64,000 nucleotides of DNA from the human T2T-CHM13v2.0 reference genome, Homo sapiens. The DNA lies in the NCBI RefSeq assembly GCF_009914755.1, contig NC_060926.1; one strand, written 5' to 3'. This document shows positions 41,935-54,459 of the stretch, piece after piece. A program made the translations under genes and the position numbers. The notes under the pieces are model-generated. The model was not told the DNA's origin and did no database searches. It saw nothing but the letters and a program-made list of their open reading frames with translations. Numbering within the stretch: the first letter of the stretch is position 1; every line of letters begins with the position of its first letter.

Positions 41935-43946
41935 GAAACTATGTAAAACCATCCAGAATATAACAGAAAGAAATGAGATGAAAAATATGCAAGGGAAGTT
42001 CAATTAACATGAATGATAATAAAAAACTAAGAAATGAAGTGGTAACTTTGGTTAAATCTGAAGAGGTAAGTCAGCCTTATACATTTGTGCCATATTTTTC
42101 AACTATATTATTAGTGAATATTTGATGAGCATTGTCTCATGCTGGGTAAAGAAGAAAAACAACAATAGTCTCTTGACTTCAAAAGCATTAAAATAACCAG
42201 CAGAACAATTGTGATAGTAGCAATGATTATATTAAAATTGTAACTTATAGGCTGAAGTTAAGGAAATTACTGAAGAAAGAATAGAGGTAGTAATTAACTT
42301 TGGATTTTAAAAAAGAAGTATTCCAAATTTTACATTGGTTTGGCTACATTTTCTTCACCCATCCATTGCATTTGTCTTCTGCCTCTAGCCTAGCAAGTTA
42401 TGGTGCCTCACCCTTGTATTCATCCTATGCCACTTCTTTTTATTACTTAGAAGAGCTTCTTTCAGCCAAACCATAAGGTTCTACTTTTTTCCAAACCAAT
42501 GTTTTTCAGCTCTGTCCATCTTCATCAGAACCACCCGAGATAATTATTAAAATGCCCTCCTCAAACATAACGAATCACGTTCTGCGGGTGAGCTCCAGAA
42601 ATTTACATTATTGAAAACCCACCTACATGATCTATACACACATTAGATTTGATGAACCAAAGGTCCTCAAAACTTCCCTCTGAAAATAGGTCTTCCTAGC
42701 TCCACCCATTCTAAATTATTCTGGTGATCTGGAGATTATTAATTATTCACTGTCTGGAACAGCACTCATTTCCTCAGTATTGCCTAAAGATACCTAATAA
42801 AATGCTTTACAAACAAGAAAGGATCACTACCAATTTACCTTGCTTTCTGAGAATGTGGAACATTCACCCAATCCCCAAAGAATCTACAGTGGCTAACTTT
42901 GGATCTTCCTTCCCAGGTCCTATTGATTCTGTTAAAATTTTCCTTTCCTCTGTGAGTTTCAAGATAAGGAGCCTAGGAAGATACAGGATATGTATCTAGT
43001 AAGGAAAGTGTTGTTACTCTGTTTAATCTCTCTTTAAATACTTAGGCTTAGGAAATTAGTTATAACAAAGAAAAATAACACAATTGGTAACTGAATGATA
43101 ATGGATTATTTTTAATATCAAATCTCTTAGAGCTGATTTGTACTTCAAGACCCTTATAGCCACTTGATTAGGTTCCTCCATTCGTCCACACTGGGACACA
43201 TTTCATCATGCTCATGAACCAGAAAAAAATGTCTGTGGCCTTTACCAATCAGGGAGATGAAAGTACAGAACCACAGCAGAGGCAAAAGCCCTGCTGTGTA
43301 TAATGAACCTGTGAAATTATAATTCTTCTCTCTAGATACTCTACCTGCCTCCCCGTCACAAAGGGCTGCTCATTCTCTTCTTCCTGACCTCCCTGCCCTT
43401 GCTGATCAGTATCTCTGCTCTTGCCCTTTCCAACCTTCCGTGGTCTCTACAGATTTTAGGAGACAAGGATATCTATAAAGCTGTAATAATTCCAGTTACA
43501 AGTACACTCCAAGGGAAAACGAAGAAACAAAATTAAGCACGGCATTTTTTACTGGACTCGGCCCTGACAGTCTCCTTTTTTCCCACACTGTCTACGTGTT
43601 GTTCTATAGTGAATAAACCAGAGTTCAATTTAACAAAATTATGCTCAAGACCCTGAGACTATGCTATAAACAAGGGAATGGGGAAGAGCAGCAGGTTGTG
43701 AGAGAAATTTGAAATCAGCTAAAGTTCAGCAACTTTCTGTACTTTCTAATTTTCATTTCTTTCATCTGTAAAATAGGGACATATCCAGTGTAATACAAAT
43801 GTGAGGGTTACGTGTTGATTGTAAAGCATTATAATGCATTATGCATGATAGAGCAGCCTATTGCCTACAAGAAACTTCTTTAATATTTTCCATTAAATAA
43901 AGAAGTAGCATGAGAATATAGAACATTAAATAAACTTAGAAACTTA

Positions 43947-43978
43947 GAAACTATTAAATAAGCTTATTTAATAGTTTC
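43947..43978. repeat. Perfect 32-bp palindrome between 22-bp direct repeats
   Basis: gaaactattaaataag|cttatttaatagtttc; gtagcatgagaatatagaacat at 43905-43926 and 43993-44014. Confidence 0.95.
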
Positions 43979-44013
43979 AATTAAATTGTGAGGTAGCATG
44001 AGAATATAGAACA

Positions 44014-44801
44014 TGTCTTAGTCTGCCTGGGTTGCCAATATAGTTCAGATATTTGTCTGTGCCTAATTCTCATGTTGAAATGTAATCCCCAATGTCAGAG
44101 TTAGGGCCTGGTGGAAGGTGATTAGGTCATGGAGACAGATGACCAATGGCTTGCTGCTGTCCTCATGGTAGTGAGTTCTCATGAGATTTGGTTGTTTAAA
44201 GTGTGTGGCACCTCCCCAACTCACTCTTTCTCCTACTCCTGCTATGTCAGATGCCTGCTTCTGCTTTGCCTGCCACCATGAGTAAAAGCTTCCTAATGCA
44301 TCCTGGAAGCTTAGCAGCTGCCAGCACTATACTTCTTGTACAGCCTGAAGAACTGTGAGCCAATTAAACCTCTTTTCTTTTAAATTACCCAGTCTCAGAT
44401 TTTTTTTTTTTTATAGCAATGCAAGAGTGGCCTAACACAGTTGCCGTAACAAACTACCATAGACTGGACTGTTAAACAACAGAAACTTATTTTCTCACAG
44501 TTCTGGAGACTGGAAGTCTGAGACCAGGGTGCCAGCATGGTCAGATTTTAGTGATGTTCCTCTCCCTAGCTTGCAGATGGCTGCCTTCTCATCATGTTCT
44601 CACATGGTGGAAAGAGAGAGTGAGAGCAAGCTTTCTGGTGTCTCTTCTTATATGGTCCCATTTTATCGTGAGGGCCATCCCCTCATGACTTTATCTAAAT
44701 CTAGTTATATCCCAAAGGCCCCATCTCTAAATACCATCACATTGGAGATTAGGACTTCAACATATGCATTTGGGATGGACACAAGCATGCACTCCAAAGC
44801 A
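44014..44801 (-). mobile_element. MLT1A-like MaLR LTR, antisense, interrupted by an MST LTR
   Basis: 'tgtcttagtctgcctgggttgc' continues after the insertion as 'cgtaacaaactaccatagactgg...cacagttctggagactggaagtc...ggacacaagcatgcactccaaagca'. Confidence 0.85.
44036..44439 (+). mobile_element. MSTA/MSTB-like MaLR solo LTR
   Basis: 'ctcatgttgaaatgtaatccccaatg...gccaattaaacctcttttc...cctaacaca'; perfect 5-bp TSD gttgc (44031-35 and 44440-44). Confidence 0.9.
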
Positions 44802-45148
44802 GACACCACCATGGCCCATCTCCCATTTGACTTCTAACTCTTGATATTGATGTTAGATACTTATACACTGAAACTAGAAATAAAGCTTCTCAAGCTGGCA
44901 TATTGGAGAAACCTGAAAACCTTCCTGAAATCATATTCCTCTTTGTAGTATAGTATAACTCTCCTAGACTTAAGAGTATGCACCGTTAATATCTTTACTA
45001 AACAGGGGCTGATGAGCTATGCCTTCACTATGGGTCCAGGGTCAACCATAAGAGGTGGTTATGTGTTGTACTATTGCTGAATGACTTCAGTTAACATTGG
45101 GAACAAATCCTGTAAAAATAAAATCAGTTCTTCTGTCCTCAAGACCCC

Positions 45149-45345
45149 CCTGATCCCTTATTTCCACGCCCCAACCTCTTATCTCGGCGCCCTGATCCCT
45201 TATTTCTGCACCCAAACTCTTATCTCTGCACCCCAATCCCTTACTTCCACACCCCGACCTCTTATCTCTGTGCCCTGATCCCTTATTTCTGTGTCCTGAC
45301 CTCTTATCTCTGTGCCCCAACCCCTTATTTCCATGCACCAACCCC
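45149..45345 (+). repeat. HERV-H leader tandem array of ~20-21-bp units (~9 copies)
   Basis: Alternating 'ctgatcccttatttc...ccc' and 'acctcttatctctg...ccc' units. Confidence 0.85.
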
Positions 45346-46331
45346 TTTCCCACTTTTCTGGAGGGTAAGAACCTCCCGAACCCCTTCTCTCCTCTCTTTT
45401 CTCTGGGCTTGGCTCCTTCACTATGGGCAACCTTCCACCCTCCATTCCTCCTTCTCCCTTAGCCTGTGTTCTCAAGAACTTAAAACCTCTTCAACTCTCA
45501 CCTGACCTAAAACCTAAACACCTTATTTTTTCTTCTACAATGCCACTTGACTCTAGTACAAACTCAACAGTGGTTCCAAATAGCCAGAAAATGGCACTTT
45601 TGAATTTTCCGTCCTAGAAGATTTAAATAATTCTTGTCATAAACAGGCAAATGGTCTGAGGTGCCTGATGTCCAGGCATTCTTTTACACATCGGTCCCTC
45701 TCTAGTCTCTGTTCCCAATGTGACTCATCCCAAATCTTCCTTCCCTCCCACCTGTCCCCTCAGTCCCAACCCCAAGTGTCGCTGAGTCTATCTAATCTTC
45801 CTTTTCTACAGACCCATCTGACCTCTCCCCTCCTAGCCAGGCCGAGCTAAGTCCCAATTCTTCCTCAGCCTCCACTCCTCCACCCTATAATCCTTTTATC
45901 ACCTCCCCTCCTCACACCGGGTCCGGCTTACAGTTTCTTTCCGTGACTAGCCCTCCCCCACCTGCCCAGCAATTTCCTTTTTAAAAAGTGGCTGCAGCCA
46001 AAGGCATAGTCAAGGTTAATGCTCCTTTTTCTTTATCCGACCTCTCCCAAATCAGTTAGCGTTTAGGCTCTTTCATCAAATATAAAAACCCAGCCCAGTT
46101 CACGGCTCATTTGGCAGCAGCCCTGAGACGCTTTACAGCCCTAGACCCTGAAAGGTCAAAAGGCCGTCTTATTCTCAATATACATTTTATTACCCAATCT
46201 GCTCCCAACATTAAATAAAACTCCAAAAATTAAATTCCGGCCCTCAAACCCCACAACAGGACTTAATTAACCTCACCTTCAAGGTGTACAATAATAGAGT
46301 AGAGGCAGCCAAGTAGCAACATATTTCTGAG

Positions 46332-48850
46332 TTGCAATTCCTTGCCTCCACCGTGAGACAAACCCCAGCCACATCTCCAGCACACAACTTCCAAACGCCT
46401 AAACCGCAGCGGCCAGGCGTTCCTCCAGAAACGCCTTCCCCAGGAGCTTGCTACAAGTGCCAGAAGTCTGGCCACCAGGCCAAGGAATGCCCGCAGCCCG
46501 GGATTCCTCCTAAGCCATGTCCCATCTGTGCGGGACCCCACTGGAAATCGGACTGTTCAACTCACCTGGCAGCCACTCCCAGAGCCCCTGGAACTCTGGC
46601 CCAAGGCTCTCAGACTGAGTCCTTCCCAGATCTTCTCGGCTTAGAGACTGAAGACTGACGCTGCCCAATCTCCTCGGAAGCCCCGTAGACCATCACAGAC
46701 GCCGAGCTTTAGGTAACTCTCACAGTGGAGGGTAAGTCCATCCCCTTCTTAATCAATATGGAGGCTAACCACTCCACATTAACTTCTTTTCAAGGGCCTG
46801 TTTCCCTTGCCGCCATAACTGTTGTGGGTATCAATGGCCAGGCTTCTAAACCTCTTAAAACTCCCCAACTCTGGTGCCAACTTAGCCAATACTCTTTTAA
46901 GCACTCCTTTTTAGTTATCCTCACCTGCCCAGTTCCCTTATTAGGCCGAGACACTTTAACTAAATTATCCCTGACTATTCCTCGGCTACAGCCACACCTC
47001 ATTGCCACCTTTTCCCCCAGTTCAAAGCCTCCTTCACATCCTCCCCTTGTATCTCCCCACTTTAAGCCACAAGTATAAGACACCTCTACTCCCTCCTTAG
47101 CGACTGATCATGCACCCCTTACCATCCCATTAAAACCTAATCACTCTTACCCTGCTCAATGCCAATATCCCATCTCACAGCACGCTTTAAAAGGATTAAA
47201 ACCTGTTATCACTGGCCTGTTACAGCATGGCCTTTTAAAGCCTATAAACTCTCCTTACAATTCCCCCATTTTACCTGTCCTAAAACCAGACAAGGCTTAC
47301 AGGTTAGTTCAGGATCTGCACCTTATCAGCCAAATTGTTTTGCCTATCCACCCCATGGTGCCAAACCCATATACTCTCCTATCCTCACTATCTCCCTCTA
47401 CAACCCATTATTCTGTTCTGGATCTCAAACATGCTTTTTTCTTTACTATTCCTTTGCACCCTTCATCCCAGCCTTTCTTCACTTTCACTTGGACTGACCC
47501 AGACACCCACCAGGCTCAGCAAATTACCTGGGCTGTACTGCCGCAAGGCTTCACAGACAGCCCCCATTACTTCAGTCAAGTCCAAATGTCTTCCTCATCT
47601 GTTACCTATCTCGGCGTAATTCTCATAAAAACACACGTGCTCTCCCTGCTGATCGTGTCAGACTGATCTCTCAAACCCCAGCACCTTCTACAAAACAAGA
47701 ACTCCTTTCTTTCCTAGGCATGGTTAGTGCAGTCAGAATTCTTACACAACAGCCGGGACCGCACCTTGTAGCCTTTTTATCCAAAAAACTTGACCTTACT
47801 GTTTTGCCTAGCCCTCAAATCTGCATGCATGTGGCAGCTGCCGCTGCCCTAATACTTTTAGAGGCCCTTAAAATCACAAACTATGCTCAACTCACTCTCT
47901 ACAGTTCTCATAACTTCCAAAATCTATTTTCTTCCTCACACCTGACGCATATACTTTCTGCTCCCCGGCTCCTTCAGCTGTACTCACTCTTTGTTAAGTC
48001 CCACAATTACCATTGTTCCTGGCCCGGACTTCAATGCGGCCTCCCACATTATTCCTGATACCACACCTGACCCCCATGACTGTATCTCTCTGATCCACCT
48101 GACGTTCACCCCATTTCCCCATATTTCCTTCTTTCCTGTTCCTCACCCTGATCACACTTGGTTTATTGATGGCAGCTCCACCAGGCCTAGTCGCCACACA
48201 CCAGCAAAGGCAGGCTATGCTGTAGTACAAGCCCCTAGCCCGCCTCTTAGAACCTTTCATTTCCTTTCCATCGTGGAAATCTATCCTCAAGGAAATAACT
48301 TCTCAGTGTTCCATCTGCTATTCTACTACTCCTCAGGGATTATTCAGGCCCCCTCCCTTCCCTACACATCAAGCTCGGGGATTTGCCCCCGCCCAGGACT
48401 GGTAAATTGACTTTACTCACATGCCTGGAGTCAGGTAACTAAAATACCTCTTAAGTCTAGGTAGACACTTTCACTGGATAAGTAGAGGCCTTTCCTACAG
48501 GGTCTGAGAAGGCCACCGCAGTCATTTCTTCCCTTCCATCAGACATAATTCCTCGGTTTGGCCTTCCCACCTCTATACGGTCCGATAGCAGACCAGCCTT
48601 TCTTAGTCAAATCAGCCAAGCATTTTTTCAGGCTCTTGGTATTCAGTGAAACCTTTATATCGCTTACAGTCCTCAGTCTTCAGGAAAGGTAGAACAGACT
48701 AATGGTCTTTTAAAAACACACCTCACCAAGCTCAGCCACCAACTTAAAAAGGACTGGACAATACTTTCACCACTTTCCCTTCTCAGAATTCAGGCTTGTC
48801 CTCGGAATGCTACAGGGTACAGCCCATTTGAGCTCCTGTATGGATGCTCC
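46332..48850 (+). pseudogene. HERV-H gag(NC)-pro-pol remnants
   Basis: CYKCQKSGHQAKEC and CPICAGPHWKSDC knuckles; decayed protease 'FLINMEANHS...LLGRD'; RT 'SVLDLKHAFF...WAVLPQGFTDSP'; RNase H 'WFIDGSS'; IN 'cctcagtcttcaggaaaggtagaa' (PQSSGKVE). Confidence 0.9.
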
Positions 48851-49470
48851 TTTTTATTAAGCCCCAGTCTCATTCAAGACCAACTTGGACTGTGCCCCAA
48901 AAAACTTGTCATCCCTACTATCTTCTGTCTAGTCATACTCCTATTCACTGTTTTCAACTACTCATACATGCCCTGCTCTTGTTTACACTGCCGGTTTACA
49001 CTGTTTCACCAAGCCATCACAGCTGATATCTCCCTGTGCTATCCCCAAACTGCCACTCTTAACTCTTGAAGTAAATAAATAATCTTTGCTGACAGGACTA
49101 TGCTGAATCTCCTTAGGCACTCTCTAATTAGATGTCCTAGGTCCTCCCAATTCTTAGACCTTTAATACCTGTTTTTCTCCTTCTCTTATTCCGTTTTTCA
49201 ATTCATACAAAACTGTATCCAGGCCATCCACCAATAATTCTAAATGATAAATGTTTCTTCTAACAACCCCACAATATCACCCCTTACCACAAAATCTTCC
49301 TTCAGCTTAATCTCTCCCACTCTAGGTTCCCACGGCCCCCCAATCCTGCTCGAAGCAGCCCTGAGAAACATCGCCCATTATCTCTCCATACCACCCCCCA
49401 AAATTTTCGCCGTCCCAACACTTTACCACTATTTCGTTTTATTTTTCTTATTAATATAAGAAGACAGGAA

Positions 49471-49877
49471 TGTCAGGCCTCTGAGCCCAAGCTAAGCCAT
49501 CATATCCCCTGTGACCTGCAGGTACACATCCAGATGGCCAGTTCCTGCCTTAACTGATGACATTCCACCACATAAGAAGTGAAAATGGCCTGTTCCTGCC
49601 TTAACTGATGACATTATCTTGTGAAATTCCTTCTGGCCCATCCTGGCTCAAAAGCTCCCCTACTGAGCACCTTGTGACCCCCACTCCTGCCCGCCAGAGA
49701 ACAAATCCCCTTTGACTGTAATTTTCCTTTACCCAAATCCTATAAATTGGCCCCATCCCTATCTCCCTTCCCTGACTCTCTTTTCGGACTCAGCCCACCT
49801 GCACCCAGGTGAAATAAACAGCCTTGTTGCTCACACAAAGCCTGTTTGGTGGTCTCTTCACATGGACGTGCATGAAA
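49471..49877 (+). promoter_or_regulatory. LTR7 (HERV-H 3' LTR) with U3 repeats, TATA-like box and poly(A) signal
   Basis: Duplicated 'gttcctgccttaactgatgacatt', 'tataaa' at 49741, 'aataaa' at ~49813. Confidence 0.9.
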
Positions 49878-49985
49878 CTGCTGGCACCTTATTTTGAACT
49901 TTCTAGTCTCCAGACTGTGAGAAATAAATGTGTGTTATTTAGGCCCCCCAGTCTATGGTATTTTGTTTTAGCAACCTGAGGTATC
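49878..49985 (+). mobile_element. MLT1 LTR 3' half (site into which HERV-H inserted)
   Basis: 'ctgctggcaccttattttgaactttctagtctccagactgtgagaaataaatgtgtgttatttagg...cagtctatggtattttgttttagcaacc'. Confidence 0.75.
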
Positions 49986-51419
49986 ACTGATAATTTTATA
50001 GAAAATACATTTACGAAAAACTATTTTTATCTAAAAAGCAGAGTAGAGAGGGAGTGATAACAGATAACTAAGAAGATTGCGTAAATGGTGGAGTTGATAA
50101 TCCTATAATAAACCATTGGATTGATAAACTGCTGCTATGATCAAGAAGCATGATTCTGCACTCTGAACATGAAGACACTGAGAATATGTGAGAGGCTGAG
50201 AAAGAACAGATGCCACAGAGACAATGGGAAGACAAAGAAATTTTGGATACACAACAGTTTCCCTAGTGAAGTCATTTCTCATAGTGTTTTGCACAACTTT
50301 GCTTCTCCGCTCTAGGACAGAATCAACCCAAGTGTTTTATAGCCCAGCTGGCTGGGTGAGGGCAGGCAGACTCAGACAGCCAAGGACTTCTCAACATTTG
50401 ATTTGTGGCTGTAAGTCTAGCTCGGTCCTGAGATTAAGTGTGAGGATCCAAAAAGATGCAATCTCAAGAAAAAAAAGAGACAGATTTAAAGGTTTTTTCA
50501 TCACTTGCTATTCTGATTTAAAATTTCATACTTTATCCAAAAGTAATTTTGTTTCCAGAAGTTTGAAGCAAATTTGAATGAAAATTACTCTTTTTAAATG
50601 TTCCTCGGTTCCATTCACTCTCTTTAGTTATGTAGCTGAATATTTGTTTTGTAATCATTTATCACTTTAATAGGAAAGGCCTGAAGGGGAAAAAAGGAGT
50701 GCTTGTTAGGATATATTTTATTTATTGTAAGAGGTTCTAGCCCCTCGGTCCCAGAAATTGTCTCTTTAGCTCATTCTCCTAAGTCATACTTAATTTACTT
50801 CAGAAGCAATGCATATTTTGTGTCACATAGTCTATTTAGCAGAGTTGGGTTTTTTATTACCGAAACTATTTATTCTGTGATATATACTCGTGCACAAAAT
50901 TTGAAGGACTCCTCTTATTGTATAGTGTTCTCTATTCCATCTGTCATTCATAATAAATTTCTTAAAAATCAAATACAATTTAGATGTTTATTTTTTAAAG
51001 AATTATTATTTTATATCCAAATAAAGATAAATATAAATGTAATAATACAATTTGCCACATTATTTGTTTAAAAAGTTACTAGTTTTCCAAGCATGTGATT
51101 TCACTGAGTTTTTGTTATGCACCTTTTAACAGGTATTGCACAGGTCAAGAAATGAGGCTGTAGATTGTATAACACCAAAAATTACATTGGCATTTAGGCT
51201 ACAACATATATTTCTCTATCTTCTCCCTACCTTTTAGAATCTTCGATTCTTGGGTTTCTACAATGGGCTAGGCTGTGAGAGTCTTTTCCAGTGGGTTACA
51301 AACACCGGTCCGTGAAGAAGTATGTGAGGATTGATGTAATTAGTGGAATCTTAGAAGTTGTGATCTTAGAGACAGACCAAGTCATGGGAAATACGCAGAA
51401 TCCAATCTCTTTCTTTTCT

Positions 51420-52435
51420 TAAATTTATTTTTAATTGCATATAAAAATTCTATGTATTTATCTCGTACGAGTTATTTTGAAATATGCAACATTATGAAAA
51501 CACTAAATCAAGCTAATTAATATATGCATTATTTCACAGATCGATACTTTCTTCTGTGGTGAGAACATTAAAATCTACTCTCAGCAACTGTCAAGAACAA
51601 AATACATTGTTTTAACTATAGTCATCATGTTATACAATAAATCTCTTGAACTCATTCTTCCTGTCTATCTAACTGAAACCTTATATCCTTTGTGCAACAG
51701 CTCCCAACTTCTCCCTGCCAACCACCTCAGCCCTTAGAGGTGATCCATTCTACTTTCTACTACAAGTTCAACATTTTTATTATAGATTTCACACTTGAGT
51801 GAGATGACGCAGTGTTTATCTTTCTGTGCTTGGCTTATGTCACTTAAGATAATGTCTTCTAGGTTCATCCATGTTGTTGCAAATAACAGAATCTTCTTTT
51901 TTAAGGCTAAACAGTATTTCATTGTATGTGTGTGTTTGTATATATACAGTATTTTGTTGTATAAAATACTATATACTATATAAATACAAAATACTATATA
52001 TACGTATTGATACATATTTATATGTATATACATTTATACATATATATTTATACATATATAGTATATATGTATATATAGCATAAATATAATATATACATAT
52101 ATAGTATAAATATACAATATATTTATACATATAAATATGTGTGTAAATGTACATATATATATTTATTTGTATTCACATATAAACATATTTATATATGTAT
52201 ATATTTATACATACATGTATAACTATACATATAAATATATATGTATAACTAACTATACATATATAGTATTTTTATTGTATTTACATATTGTATATAGTAT
52301 ATATTTATATATGTATAAATACAGTATGAAATACTATACACACACACATACACACACACCACATTTCCTTCATTGATTCAGCCATTGATGGACACTCAGG
52401 TTGATTCCAGACCTTGGCTACTGTGAATAATGGTA
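51420..52435 (-). mobile_element. Old L1MA-type 3' end, antisense, containing an AT-rich expansion
   Basis: 'tgtggtgagaacattaaaatctactctcagcaa', 'ctaggttcatccatgttgttgcaaataacagaat', resuming as 'ccattgatggacactcaggttgattcca'. Confidence 0.85.
51925..52360. repeat. Degenerate (TA)/(TG)/(CA) low-complexity tract
   Basis: Read directly from the sequence. Confidence 0.95.
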
Positions 52436-52643
52436 ATTGTAGGTCTTTTTAATATCCATAAAACAGTGATGGCTAGTCAGAGAGGAAGAACATAAAAATA
52501 ATCCCTTATTCAATTAATCAGTGAAAGATTGTTAAAGGAAGTTATCTACAAGCTCTTTGACATTTTGCAGACTCAAATCAGAAAAAAAAAATTTTGGTAA
52601 TCTATAACTTAAAACAGAAAAAAAACTGAATTTGAAGAGTTTA

Positions 52644-53328
52644 TGTAACTGAGTACCCCCATTTTTCTAAAAAAGAATGAGTTACCATTTTTTATTTTCT
52701 CTACTTTTCCCTTTTCTCTGTTTCCTCCTGTTCCCCACTTCCTACTTAGCCGTTTAGAAATTATAACCTTTTACCTCCCCTTCACCAGACACCTCCTATA
52801 GGGTAAGTCCATGTAACTAATGTGCTTTGAAGCTCCAGAGCAGAACTCTCTCCCACCAAGGGACTGCCTCAAGAGATAACAGTTTGTTTGCAACCCAAAG
52901 CATGCCTGCTATGAAACTCTCACCCATCAGGAGGTTGCCCCAAGAAACAATAGCCAATCTACAACCCGAAGTATGCCCTGTCTGAAACTCTCTCCCACCT
53001 GGAGAGTTTTCAGCTGTTTTTACGACCTAGTCCTGCCCATGAAGGCACCAGCAGTCACCAGCTTGACTGTCTGGTAGATAAGGCAGCAAAGCTAGCACAG
53101 GGACCCTCCACCTGCTCACTTCCTTCCCTGTGTGCCATTCATGACATGCCCCCTTCAAAAGCACCTGCTTTCTGCTCCAAAGGGAAGGTGGTACCATTTA
53201 GGCAGAAAGCCTGTACTTCTTCCCCTGAGCTAGCTTTGGAATAAAAAGTCACTTTCTCTACACCAGACTTCACTCTTGTTAATTGGACTCTGCAAGTGGC
53301 CAGCACTTGAATCTGTGTTTCAGTTACA
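52644..53328 (+). mobile_element. ERV1-class solo LTR (MER66-like; family uncertain)
   Basis: 8-bp inverted termini tgtaactg...cagttaca, ~70-bp internal U3 repeats, 'aataaa' at ~53240, TSD ttta / atta. Confidence 0.75.
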
Positions 53329-54459
53329 ATTAGACTAAGAATTGCTGTTATAAAAGCAGCTAGAAGCCAGAATATATGTTTTCTCAGTGGTAGAAGGTGA
53401 AAAACCTTAGGTCAATAAGCTATCCCAGTTCTTGTGGGATGATAACCACAACTTACCTGGAATAGTAAAGCTATATTCACAGTGGAATAGTGTTTTTCAA
53501 TGCTGGCAATACTTAGAATTAGAAATATAGGTGATTAAATTTACTTTGTACTTTGGAAGGCTTTGTAAAGTCAGGGGATGACAGAATTTACACATACTTT
53601 AAAAGGTTTAAAAAATTTTAATAGAGAGTTATAAATGAAACTGATTATTTAAATACGTTTATTCATTTCAATTTGAGTTTATTGAATGTTATTAACCCCC
53701 CCATAGTGATCCTTAAAGTTTACTAGATTTATAAATGGTATAATAAAATTGATATGCCAAATTTAAAGGCTTAAAAGAAATGAAGATTTAAACTATTACA
53801 TTAATAAACTGAATTCTAATGTAAAGTCTCAAGGAGCAATTTTTTTTTTCTGCTTACAGAAGCCTCTCCCCCAACCCATGGGTGAAAAATAAGAAAAAAA
53901 CACGAATGTATGGCATTCTCATCAGCAAAATACCTGCCTGTTCCATACTGAGTAAATAACCAGTTAGCCCTGGCTGAATGTCCGTTGTCTACAGGGCCAC
54001 CTGGAGCCAGCAGTAGCCAGTCGCCTTGCCAACTTTTGTTCTCTCTCAGCAGGAAGAAAAGAGACAAAGCAGCTACTCCTTGACTTTTCTTGGTTCAAAA
54101 AGAATACTTGAATTATAACAGAAATGGGAGAGTGAGAGTGAATTTCAATATTTTCACTGTGAAAGACAAAATACACACACAATTAAAGAGATTATTTTGT
54201 TCAGCTCTTGCATTAGGGGGAGAATGTTCATTAATGAGGAACGTGTCAAAGATGGGAGAGAGAGAACCTAGAGTTTTATAAAACAAGAGAGCGGTTGAAG
54301 AAGGGTAGAAATAGGTCACACCTGGGAATATACTAGATCATCGCAGGGGTCTTAGTTATCAACCTAGCCGTTTCTCAGAACGGAAAAGCAGGGCGTGAAT
54401 TTCTCGACCATCCTTGCTTTCTAGGAGCACAGGACTCAGATAAAGTTTAACATTTCTAT

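Larger units (their letters stand above)
45143..49877 (+). mobile_element. HERV-H provirus of the common pol/env-deleted type, lacking the 5' LTR and PBS; 3' LTR7 intact
   Basis: C-rich HERV-H leader repeats, gag double zinc knuckle, pro/RT/RNase H/IN remnants, PPT 'aagaagacaggaa', LTR 'tgtcaggcctctgagcccaagc...gcatgaaa'. Confidence 0.93.

Noticed and set aside
45149-45345. Regularly spaced short repeats resembling a CRISPR array
   Set aside because: The units are contiguous with no unique spacers, the context is eukaryotic, and the array is the HERV-H leader repeat.
50224-51071. 117-aa and 122-aa ORFs in non-repeat sequence
   Set aside because: No recognisable domain, AT-rich composition; consistent with chance ORFs.
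51734-52376. Tyr/Ile-rich ORFs
   Set aside because: Translations of TA low-complexity DNA and an L1 remnant.
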